The notes under the pieces: model-generated
Told to the model about the DNA's origin: nothing
The model's database searches: none
Seen by the model: the letters and a program-made list of their open reading frames with translations, nothing else
From: Planctomycetota bacterium
GTDB taxonomy: Bacteria; Planctomycetota; UBA11346
Length of the DNA stretch: 64,000 bases
Assembly (NCBI GenBank): GCA_038231435.1
Contig: JBBRLJ010000010.1
Span: 57,109-121,108, forward strand
Direction of reading: 5' to 3'
Position numbers and translations under genes: made by a program
In this document: piece after piece, positions 52,326 through 59,921 of the stretch
How positions within the stretch are numbered: the first letter of the stretch is position 1
How the letters are laid out: each line of letters opens with the position of its first letter

Positions 52326-52949
52326 TCAGGTGACCGAGCGATAGATGAAGCACAGCGGGCCGACGATCTGCACGCTGGTCGAGTGGGCCTTGGAGAGGAC
52401 CAGCGGCTGATACTTGGGATTCTCGGGGACGAGCTCAAGGCGATCGGCATGGAAGCGCACGCGCTTGAGCGTCGCCTCGCCATCGACGACGACCGCGCCG
52501 ATCTGGTTGTTGGCGACCGGGGCACCCGATTGGATGACCGCGAAATCGCCATCGAGGATGCCCGCGTCGATCATCGAATCGCCGCGGACCTTGAGAGCGA
52601 ACCGGCCAGGAGATGGCTGGATGTCCTTGAGGTAGCCGGCGTGGGATTCGGTGGCGAGGATGGGCGTGCCCGCGGCGATGGAGCCGATGACCGGGACGCC
52701 CTTGGTCGCGGGCGTGCGGTTGATGGTCGCCCAGCCGGAATCGGTGAGGCGGACATTGCGCTTCTTCTCGCGGTCGGCTTCGAGCAGTCCCTTGCGCACC
52801 AGCGCGTCGACGTGCTTGCTCACGGCGGACGGGAAGGCGTAGCCCATCGCTTCGGCGACTTCGGCGCGACTCGGTTGGCGGCCGGAATCCTGGGCGTCCG
52901 CGAAGTAGACCAGGATCTTGGTTTGGCCGGGAGGAAGCGCGGTGCTCAT
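52326..52949 (-). CDS. lexA: SOS repressor LexA
   Basis: wHTH PSRAEVA..H..AL.RKG; cleavage site IAAG; GDSM serine; ATLKR lysine; PEN; adjacent to recA. Confidence 0.95.
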   Translation of the reverse strand: MSTALPPGQTKILVYFADAQDSGRQPSRAEVAEAMGYAFPSAVSKHVDALVRKGLLEADREKKRNVRLTDSGWATINRTPATKGVPVIGSIAAGTPILATESHAGYLKDIQPSPGRFALKVRGDSMIDAGILDGDFAVIQSGAPVANNQIGAVVVDGEATLKRVRFHADRLELVPENPKYQPLVLSKAHSTSVQIVGPLCFIYRSVT

Positions 52950-52956
52950 GGGCCGT

Positions 52957-52985
52957 GGTATAGGGGCTCTATGAACCCGTGTCAA
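52957..52985 (-). promoter_or_regulatory. lexA sigma70 promoter containing a candidate operator palindrome
   Basis: Minus strand TTGACA-CGGGTTCATAGAGCCCC(17)-TATACC-7 nt-ATG; GGGTTC-ATA-GAGCCC at 52964-52978. Confidence 0.75.
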
Positions 52986-53000
52986 TAAAAACTCTTTTGG

Positions 53001-53067
53001 TTGGGGGCTACAGCCCCCCAACATCGTGCTGCCCCTACCGACCGGGGCCTTACGCCGTGCTGCCTCC
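53001..53067 (-). repeat. Dispersed structured intergenic element, copy 2
   Basis: Minus strand GGCAGCACGGCGTAAGGCCCCGGTCGGTAGGGGCAGCACG (37/40 identical to 16512-16551) plus a GGGGGC-TGTA-GCCCCC hairpin. Confidence 0.85.
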
Positions 53068-53145
53068 CAGGATGGAACGGATTTGGCAGGCTGGATGCGG
53101 TTGAATTGGTTCCGTTGAAACCGCACGGCGGAAGAGCCATTCATG

Positions 53146-53173
53146 AAAAAACCCCGCCGGAAGGCGGGGTTTT
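53146..53173 (-). terminator. Intrinsic terminator of rpmH
   Basis: Plus strand AAAAAACCCCGCC-GGAA-GGCGGGGTTTT, just downstream of the rpmH stop. Confidence 0.88.
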
Positions 53174-53198
53174 GGTGTGCGTGACCGCGTGAGCGGGA

Positions 53199-53336
53199 TC
53201 AGCGCTTCTTGCCGGCGCCGCTCTTTCGGGCGCGTTGGCGGTTGACGATGGCGCGGCCGCCCTTGGTGCGCATGCGGCGGCGGAAGCCGTTCTTCTTGCG
53301 CTTCTTGATCGAGCTGCGGCGGATCTTGAGATGCAT
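53199..53336 (-). CDS. rpmH: 50S ribosomal protein L34 (45 aa)
   Basis: Manual translation MHLKIRRSSIKKRKKNGFRRRMRTKGGRAIVNRQRARKSGAGKKR; GF..RM.T.GGR core; GGAG RBS; below the ORF-track cutoff. Confidence 0.92.
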   Translation of the reverse strand: MHLKIRRSSIKKRKKNGFRRRMRTKGGRAIVNRQRARKSGAGKKR

Positions 53337-53360
53337 GGTCGACTCCGTGAGAGGCGCGGG

Positions 53361-53388
53361 ACTATGGCGACGAGGGGGCGGGAGTCAA
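53361..53388 (-). promoter_or_regulatory. Putative rpmH sigma70 promoter
   Basis: Minus strand TTGACT-16 nt-CATAGT. Confidence 0.55.
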
Positions 53389-53467
53389 CGGGACGGTGCA
53401 GAAATCGTCGGCGATTCGCGCGTGGGCGAGACCGCTGCGACCTACCTGGGATGACGGCGACCCGGGC

Positions 53468-54208
53468 TCATGCCGTCGTGGCGATGACCGTAGGAGCGAA
53501 AGCCACCTGGTCGCAGCTCGCGCAGCGGTAGGTCACGCCGTTGAACGTGCCCTCGACCTTCGCGGGGCCGAGATCGGTGCCGTGCAGGTGGCCGTAGACG
53601 CAATGGGTGGCGCCAGCGGCCTCGATCAGCGGCGTGAAGCGGCTGCTGGTCTTCGCGGGGGGAATGGGCGGATAGTGGAACAGGCAGATGCGCAACCCAC
53701 GCGCGCGACCGGCATCGGCATCGAGCTTGTCCAGCGCGGCGATCGACAGCACTAGCTCGTGTTCCTCGCGTTGCAGCCACTCGTCCACCTCGGCCTGGGT
53801 GCGCTTATCGCCGTAACGCGTCAGTGGCGCGAAATCGCCGCCACGGGCGCCGAAGAAACCCACGCCATGGATCGAGCAGGCGCTCTTCTTGAGCGCGTGG
53901 GTCCGTGGCGGCAGCAGCTGCGCCATCTTGGTCGCGGTGCCCGCCCACCAATGGTCATGGTTGCCCTTGACCATGATCTTGTGTCCGGGCCGTTGTCCCA
54001 ACCACGCGAAGTCCGGAGCCACCTCCACCGGCTTGGAAGCCCAGCTGAAATCGCCAGGGGTGAGCACGATGTCGTCTGCCGCCACCGCTGCGTCCCAGTT
54101 GCGTGCCATGCGTTGGTCATGCTGGCCCCAATGGTCTCCGAACTTGTCCATGGGCTTGGCCCCGGAGGTCGACAGGTGCAGGTCCGAAAGCGCCCAGATG
54201 GTCGGCAT
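53468..54208 (-). CDS. Calcineurin-like metallophosphoesterase
   Basis: SDLH, PGDFSWA, KGNHD, HYPP, YGHLH motifs. Confidence 0.92.
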   Translation of the reverse strand: MPTIWALSDLHLSTSGAKPMDKFGDHWGQHDQRMARNWDAAVAADDIVLTPGDFSWASKPVEVAPDFAWLGQRPGHKIMVKGNHDHWWAGTATKMAQLLPPRTHALKKSACSIHGVGFFGARGGDFAPLTRYGDKRTQAEVDEWLQREEHELVLSIAALDKLDADAGRARGLRICLFHYPPIPPAKTSSRFTPLIEAAGATHCVYGHLHGTDLGPAKVEGTFNGVTYRCASCDQVAFAPTVIATTA

Positions 54209-54448
54209 GGGGGCATGCTACGCCCTGGGTGCCGAGGCCGAAGGTCTAAGTGACACAGGACCTACGGCGTGGCTTCGGAACTGGTCATTGGCCTCCGGGT
54301 TGCGCTGCCCGTGCTGGAGGCGGCCTGCCCCGACTTCCTCATGTGAAAATCGTCATACGCTCACGGAGCTGCCAATCCTCTGACCGCACGTACTCCGCCG
54401 TCGTCCGTGCCTGCCCTTCCCAACGCCTTCCGGACCTGAAGACCTCCC

Positions 54449-55471
54449 ATGCCCTCCTGCCCCATTCACCTCGGCATCGATCTCGGCGGTACCAAGATCC
54501 ACGCACTGGCGGTGGATGATCAGGGGATGGTGCACGGCAAATCCAGGCGCGAAACCAAGGGCGGCGCGGGCTACCAGGGCGCGCTCGAGCGCATCGCCGA
54601 AACGGCGATCGAAGCGGCCGCCGCGGCGGGATGCACGATCGGCGAGGTCGTCGGCATCGGCCTCGGCGCGCCCGGACCGATCGACGAGGGCAGCGGCGAC
54701 ATCCTGCTGGCGCCGAATCTCGGATGGGGCCGCCAGGCGCTCGGCGCCGACCTCTCGCGCCGGCTCGGGCGACCGTCCGACAGGCCGGTGATGGTCGGCA
54801 ACGACGTGAATCTCGGCGCCCTGGGCGAAGTGCGTGCCGGCAGCGCGCGTGGCGCGCGCAGCGTGTGCGCGGCCTTCATCGGCACCGGCCTAGGTGGAGC
54901 GCTGGTCATCGATGGGTGCGTGGTCAATGGCGCGCACGGCTTCGGCGGCGAGATCGGACATGTCCGCGCGCCCTTCGGCGATGCGCTGTGCGGTTGCGGC
55001 CAGCGCGGTTGCCTCGAGACCGTGGCGAGCAAGACCGGCATCGCGCGCGCCATCTCCGAGGCGATCGCCAGCGGCGAGCCGAGCCTGATATCGCCGGCGG
55101 CTAAGGATGGCCGCCTGCGCTCGTCAGAGATCCATCGCGCCTGGAGCGCGGGATGCCCGGCGACGGTGCGGGCGATGACGCAGGCCGCGCGCGCGCTCGC
55201 CTGGGGATTGGCGACGGTCGGGCACATCGTCGATCCCGAGGTCTTCGTGCTCGGCGGCGGACTGATCGAGCGTTTCGGCGAGGACCTGGCGGCGCTGGTG
55301 CGTGGCTTCATGCCCGAGTATGGCGTGCTCTACCAGCGCCATGCCCCTGATGTGCGTATCGCGGCGCTTGAAGACGACGCCGTCGCGATCGGCGCCGCGT
55401 TCCTCGCGGCGAGGCCGCGCGCCGCTGCGGCCAGGTCGGCCGCTTCTGCTCGCCTCGGCGCTGGAGGCTGA
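54449..55471 (+). CDS. ROK family sugar kinase (glucokinase-like)
   Basis: GIDLGGTKI, NDVNLGALGE, GTGLGG, GEIGH, CGCGQRGCLE. Confidence 0.92.
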   Translation: MPSCPIHLGIDLGGTKIHALAVDDQGMVHGKSRRETKGGAGYQGALERIAETAIEAAAAAGCTIGEVVGIGLGAPGPIDEGSGDILLAPNLGWGRQALGADLSRRLGRPSDRPVMVGNDVNLGALGEVRAGSARGARSVCAAFIGTGLGGALVIDGCVVNGAHGFGGEIGHVRAPFGDALCGCGQRGCLETVASKTGIARAISEAIASGEPSLISPAAKDGRLRSSEIHRAWSAGCPATVRAMTQAARALAWGLATVGHIVDPEVFVLGGGLIERFGEDLAALVRGFMPEYGVLYQRHAPDVRIAALEDDAVAIGAAFLAARPRAAAARSAASARLGAGG

Positions 55472-55472
55472 G

Positions 55473-57101
55473 ATGGAGGACAAGAACCGGTCGATACCGG
55501 GCGGAAACGCCGGCTCGCCGCGCCGGCCGCTGCGCAAGGCCTCGCCTCCGCTCCCCGAGGGTGGCGTCGCGAAATCCGCGCCGGCCAAGCCGGTCGCGGT
55601 GGTCGATTGCGGCACCAGCTCGGTGCGCGCCTTCCTCGCCGAGGTGCGCGGAGCCGAGCAGCGCATCCTCGAGGACCTGGTGTATCCGGTCGACCTGACT
55701 CCCGGCTTCACCGGCGGCAAGCTCGATCGCGCCGCGCTCGATGGCGTCGTCCAGGCGATGCTCGGCATCCGCGCCGCCGCGCAGTCCTACGGCATCACCG
55801 AGATCCGCGCGGTCGCCACCAGCGCCCTGCGCGAGGCCGCGAATGCCGACGTGCTGATCGAGAGCCTGCGCCGCAAGGCCGGCGTCGAGCTCGAGGTCAT
55901 CGACGGGTCGGAGGCCGCGCGGCTGTATTTCGAGGCGCTGCGCGTGCTGCTGTCGCGCTGCGGCAAGCGCCTGCCTGGCAACACCCTGATGATCGACATC
56001 GGCGGCGGCTCCTCGAGCGTGAGCCTGATCCGCCACGGCAAGCTGGTGCATTCGGTCGACGAGCACTACGGCACCATCCGCCTCTTCGAGCAGTTCCGCG
56101 AGCTCAAGGACAGCACCGATTTCGCGGTGACCATCGACCGCTACGCGCTCGGCGCCGCGCGCATGCTGCTCGGGCGGCTCCCCGACGGCACGGTCAAGCA
56201 CCTGGTGGTCACCGGCGGCGAGGTCCGACGCCTGGTCAGCCTGCTCGCGCCGGATTCGCTCGGGCTGCTCGAGTCGCTCGATCCGGCCAGCGTCAGCGCC
56301 TGGTACGATCGGATGCAGCCGCTGACCCCTAGCCAGCGCGCCGAGGCCTGCGGCACCGATGCCTTCGGCGCCGCGCGCCTGCTGCCGGCGGCGTGCCTGA
56401 TCCGCCACCTGTGCGCCGAATCCGGCGCCGACCGCGTGCTGGTGCCGCAACTGACGCTGCGCGACGGACTGCTCGCGGATCTGCTGCCGGGAGCGCATGG
56501 TCCGCACCACCTGGATTCCGAGCACCTGCTCGCCGAGGCGCGCCAGCTGGTCACGCGCTACGGCGGCAACCACGACTACGCCGAGAACACCGCGTCGCTC
56601 GCGGTGCAGATCTTCGACCAGACCCGCGACCTGCACGGGCTCGGCGAGCGCGAGCGCACGCTGCTGCACTTCTCGGCGCTGGTGCACGACATCGGCGCGT
56701 ACATCAACGTGCGCGAGCGTCACAAGCACACCATGTACATCATCCTCGCGGCGGACATCGCGGGGCTGACCGCCGAGGAGCAGGAGATGGTCGCGCACAT
56801 CGCGCGATACCACCGCAAGAGCCCGCCCGAGGCCCACCACTTCGAGTTCCAAGCGATGGCGCGCAAGAACCGCGTGGTGGTCAGCTACCTCGCCTCGATG
56901 CTGCGCCTGGCGTACGGCCTGGACGTCGAACGCACCCAGCGCATCAAGAAGGTCCGCTGCGAAGTCTCGCGCGAGCAGCTGCTCATGCACGTCGACCGTC
57001 GCCAGATCGCCCTCGAGCGCTGGTCGATCGATGGTAAGAAGGCGATGTTCGGCGAAACCTTCGGGCTCGACGTCAAGGTCGTGCCGAGGGAGGGGGAATG
57101 A
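55473..57101 (+). CDS. ppx: Ppx/GppA family protein with C-terminal HD domain; catalytic glutamates substituted
   Basis: VVDCGTSSVR, ATSALREAAN, IDGSEAARL, DIGGGSSS, LRDGLL, HDIG, RYHRK. Confidence 0.88.
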   Translation: MEDKNRSIPGGNAGSPRRPLRKASPPLPEGGVAKSAPAKPVAVVDCGTSSVRAFLAEVRGAEQRILEDLVYPVDLTPGFTGGKLDRAALDGVVQAMLGIRAAAQSYGITEIRAVATSALREAANADVLIESLRRKAGVELEVIDGSEAARLYFEALRVLLSRCGKRLPGNTLMIDIGGGSSSVSLIRHGKLVHSVDEHYGTIRLFEQFRELKDSTDFAVTIDRYALGAARMLLGRLPDGTVKHLVVTGGEVRRLVSLLAPDSLGLLESLDPASVSAWYDRMQPLTPSQRAEACGTDAFGAARLLPAACLIRHLCAESGADRVLVPQLTLRDGLLADLLPGAHGPHHLDSEHLLAEARQLVTRYGGNHDYAENTASLAVQIFDQTRDLHGLGERERTLLHFSALVHDIGAYINVRERHKHTMYIILAADIAGLTAEEQEMVAHIARYHRKSPPEAHHFEFQAMARKNRVVVSYLASMLRLAYGLDVERTQRIKKVRCEVSREQLLMHVDRRQIALERWSIDGKKAMFGETFGLDVKVVPREGE

Positions 57102-59245
57102 GCGGCAAGAAGAAGACCAACCCATCCTCCCCGTTCATCCCGGCCGGGCCGCAGGATCAGGCGAACTACTTCAGCCGCGAGGTCTCGTGGCTGCGCTTCA
57201 ACCGCCGCGTGCTCGAGGAATCCCAGGATCCGACCAAGCCGCTGCTCGAGCGCGTGCGCTTCCTGGCCATCGTCTCATCCAACCTCGACGAATTCGTGAT
57301 GGTACGCCTGGCCGAGCTGTGGGAGATCGCCCACGGTTACGAGGTCGGCGAGACCTCTGCCAAGGAGGCGATGCGCCAGCTCGGCGAGGTGCGTGAGGAG
57401 CTCGCCAAGCTGGTGGCCGACCAGTACCGCTGCTGGCGCGAGGAAGTCTCGCCGGCGATGGACCGCGAGGGTTTCGCGCTGGTGCCTCCGAGCGCCTGGG
57501 AGGACGTCGACCGCGAGACCCTGCGCAAGCTCTATGCCGACCAGATCCAGCCGGTGCTGACCCCGCTGGCGGTCGATCCGGCGCGGCCATTCCCAATGGT
57601 CATCAATCGCGGCATCACCGTCGCGGTTCAGTTGGTGCCAGAGGCCGGCGGCGAGCCGCGCAACGCCGTGGTCGCCGTCCCAGGCACCAACCGCCTAGTC
57701 GGCCTGGTCTCGCAGCCGGGGCGCCAGGCCCTGCTCGAGGACGTGGTAATGTCGTTCCTCGACACGCTGTTCCCCGGCTACCGTATCGGCGGTCGCTGCC
57801 TCTTCCGCGTCACCCGCGACGGCTCGCTCGACATCGACGAGGACCAGGCCACCGATCTGCTCAGCGAGATCGAGGCCGAGCTCTCGAGCCGCGAGCGCGG
57901 GCACGTGGTGCGGCTTGAGGTCTCGGCCGATGGTGATGCCTCGCTGCGCCAGTGGCTGCTGTCGGTCATGCGCCTCAATCCGCTCGACGTCGTGCCGGTG
58001 GATGGGCCGCTCGACCTCACCTGCCTGTTCGCGGTGCCGGACAAGGTCGACCGGCCACAGCTGCGCGACGCACCCCTGCCCACAACGTTGTTTCCGCCGG
58101 AAGCCGATTGGGAGGATCCCTTCGCGCGCATCCGCGCTGGCGAGATCCTGCTCCACCATCCCTACCAGGGCTTCCAGCGGGTCGTCGAGCTGGTCGAGCG
58201 CGCTGCCGTGGACCCGCAGGTGCTGGCGATCAAGCAGACGCTCTACCGCGTGTCCGGCAACAGCCCGATCGTCAAGGCCCTCATCCGCGCCGCGCGCTCC
58301 GGCAAGCAGGTGACGGTGCTGATCGAGCTCAAGGCGCGCTTCGACGAGGCGGCCAACATCAAGTGGGCGCGCGCGCTCGAGGAAGCTGGCGCGCACGTCA
58401 TCTACGGACTCGTCGGCTACAAGGTGCACGCCAAGCTGCTGATGGTGATCCGCCGCGACGACGACGGCATCAGCCGTTACTGCCATCTCGGCACCGGCAA
58501 TTACAACGATCGCACCGCGCGCACCTACACCGACATCTCGCTGCTGACCGCCAACGAGGCGGTGGGCCGCGACGTCGGCGCGCTGTTTAACATGCTCACC
58601 GGCTACAGCCAGCCGCCGGAATGGGAACGCCTCGCGGTCGCGCCGCTATCGATGCGCACGCAGTTCGTTGAGTGGATCCGCGCCGAGGCCGTGCACGCCA
58701 AGGCCGGCCGCGGCGGGCGCATCGTCGCCAAGTTCAACTCGCTGGTGGACACGGCCATGTGCGAGGAGCTCTACGCCGCGAGCCGCGCAGGCGTGCAGAT
58801 CGATCTGATCGTGCGCGGCATGTGCATCCTGCGTCCCGGCGTGCCCGGACTCAGCGAGGGCATCCGCGTGCGCTCGATCATCGGCCGGCTGCTCGAACAC
58901 AGCCGCATCTACCACTTCGCCAACGCCGGCGCTCCGGTGTACGCGATCTCATCGGCCGATTGGATGACGCGCAATCTCGACCGCCGCGTCGAATGCCTGG
59001 TGCGCATCGAGGAGCCGGAATTGTGCGTGCGACTGCAGGGATTCCTCGACATCTGCCTCGCCGACAACGCCCAGGCGCGCGTCCTCGGCCCCGATGGCAC
59101 GTACCAGCGTCTGACCCCGAAGAAGGGCGAGCCGGTCCGCCGCGCCCAGGACCTGTTGCTCGCCGAATCGATCGCGCTGTCGTCTGACGCCGAATCGGCC
59201 AAGCGCTCGTCGCTGACCTTCAAGCCGAGACGCAAGAGCAGCTGA
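57098..59245 (+). CDS. ppk1: Polyphosphate kinase 1
   Basis: REVSWLRFNRRVL, SSNLDEF, HHPY, IKQTLYR, ELKARFDE, KVHAK, GTGNYN, LEHSR, SADWMTRNL. Confidence 0.97.
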   Translation: MSGKKKTNPSSPFIPAGPQDQANYFSREVSWLRFNRRVLEESQDPTKPLLERVRFLAIVSSNLDEFVMVRLAELWEIAHGYEVGETSAKEAMRQLGEVREELAKLVADQYRCWREEVSPAMDREGFALVPPSAWEDVDRETLRKLYADQIQPVLTPLAVDPARPFPMVINRGITVAVQLVPEAGGEPRNAVVAVPGTNRLVGLVSQPGRQALLEDVVMSFLDTLFPGYRIGGRCLFRVTRDGSLDIDEDQATDLLSEIEAELSSRERGHVVRLEVSADGDASLRQWLLSVMRLNPLDVVPVDGPLDLTCLFAVPDKVDRPQLRDAPLPTTLFPPEADWEDPFARIRAGEILLHHPYQGFQRVVELVERAAVDPQVLAIKQTLYRVSGNSPIVKALIRAARSGKQVTVLIELKARFDEAANIKWARALEEAGAHVIYGLVGYKVHAKLLMVIRRDDDGISRYCHLGTGNYNDRTARTYTDISLLTANEAVGRDVGALFNMLTGYSQPPEWERLAVAPLSMRTQFVEWIRAEAVHAKAGRGGRIVAKFNSLVDTAMCEELYAASRAGVQIDLIVRGMCILRPGVPGLSEGIRVRSIIGRLLEHSRIYHFANAGAPVYAISSADWMTRNLDRRVECLVRIEEPELCVRLQGFLDICLADNAQARVLGPDGTYQRLTPKKGEPVRRAQDLLLAESIALSSDAESAKRSSLTFKPRRKSS

Positions 59246-59248
59246 CGC

Positions 59249-59767
59249 TCAGAGCGAGATGTCGATCTTGTCGTGGCCGCGGACCTTCAAGCCCGAGAAC
59301 CAGCCGCTGGGAGCGAGCACGAAGCGGTGATGCGTCAGCGGGCTGACGACCTGGCCCGCGCCGTTGTCGGCTCCGACCTCCAGGGTCACGTCGACCGTGA
59401 CCACACCGTCCTGGGCTATCGCCGAGTGGATCTCGTAAGCCATGCGCAGGTGGTTCTCGCCGCGCTGAAAGAACATCGCGGCGAGTCCGCGCTTGGCCAT
59501 CCGCCGTGGTCCCTCGTCGTCATCACCACCGAGCGCCGCCTTGAGCTCGGAGTTCTCGAAATACGCCGGCCACAGCTGGCCGTACGGATAGGCAGGGTGC
59601 AGCTCGGAGACTACGCCATTGGCGTCGCTGCGCTCGATGGCGGCCTTGATGCGCGCGAAGGTGGCATCGGCCTGGGCCGCCGGGTCGCGCGGCCAGAACA
59701 GCCAGGCGGCGAGGACCAGCACCACGATGGTGATCAGGGCGAGGACGACGCGGCGATCGAGGCGCAT
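59249..59767 (-). CDS. Hypothetical membrane-anchored protein, possible NTF2-like fold
   Basis: N-terminal TM VVLALITIVVLVLAAWLFWP, then a helix/strand pattern; ATG 59767. Confidence 0.65.
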   Translation of the reverse strand: MRLDRRVVLALITIVVLVLAAWLFWPRDPAAQADATFARIKAAIERSDANGVVSELHPAYPYGQLWPAYFENSELKAALGGDDDEGPRRMAKRGLAAMFFQRGENHLRMAYEIHSAIAQDGVVTVDVTLEVGADNGAGQVVSPLTHHRFVLAPSGWFSGLKVRGHDKIDISL

Positions 59768-59921
59768 GGCCGATGATGGGGCTTGGTATAACGGGTTCCA
59801 GGCGTCCAGAAGCACCCACCTGCAACGATTGGACGGTCACGCAGCCGCGCGAGGGGGTTGAAAGGAGGTTTGCACCGGGGCCACATGGCCTTACGACAAA
59901 AGTCCAGGCCGAGGACCACTG

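Noticed and set aside
54449..55471. Polyphosphate-dependent glucokinase, suggested by the ppx-ppk1 adjacency
   Set aside because: It retains the Cys-rich zinc motif CGCG..GCLE of ordinary ATP-dependent ROK kinases; nothing in the sequence supports polyP use.
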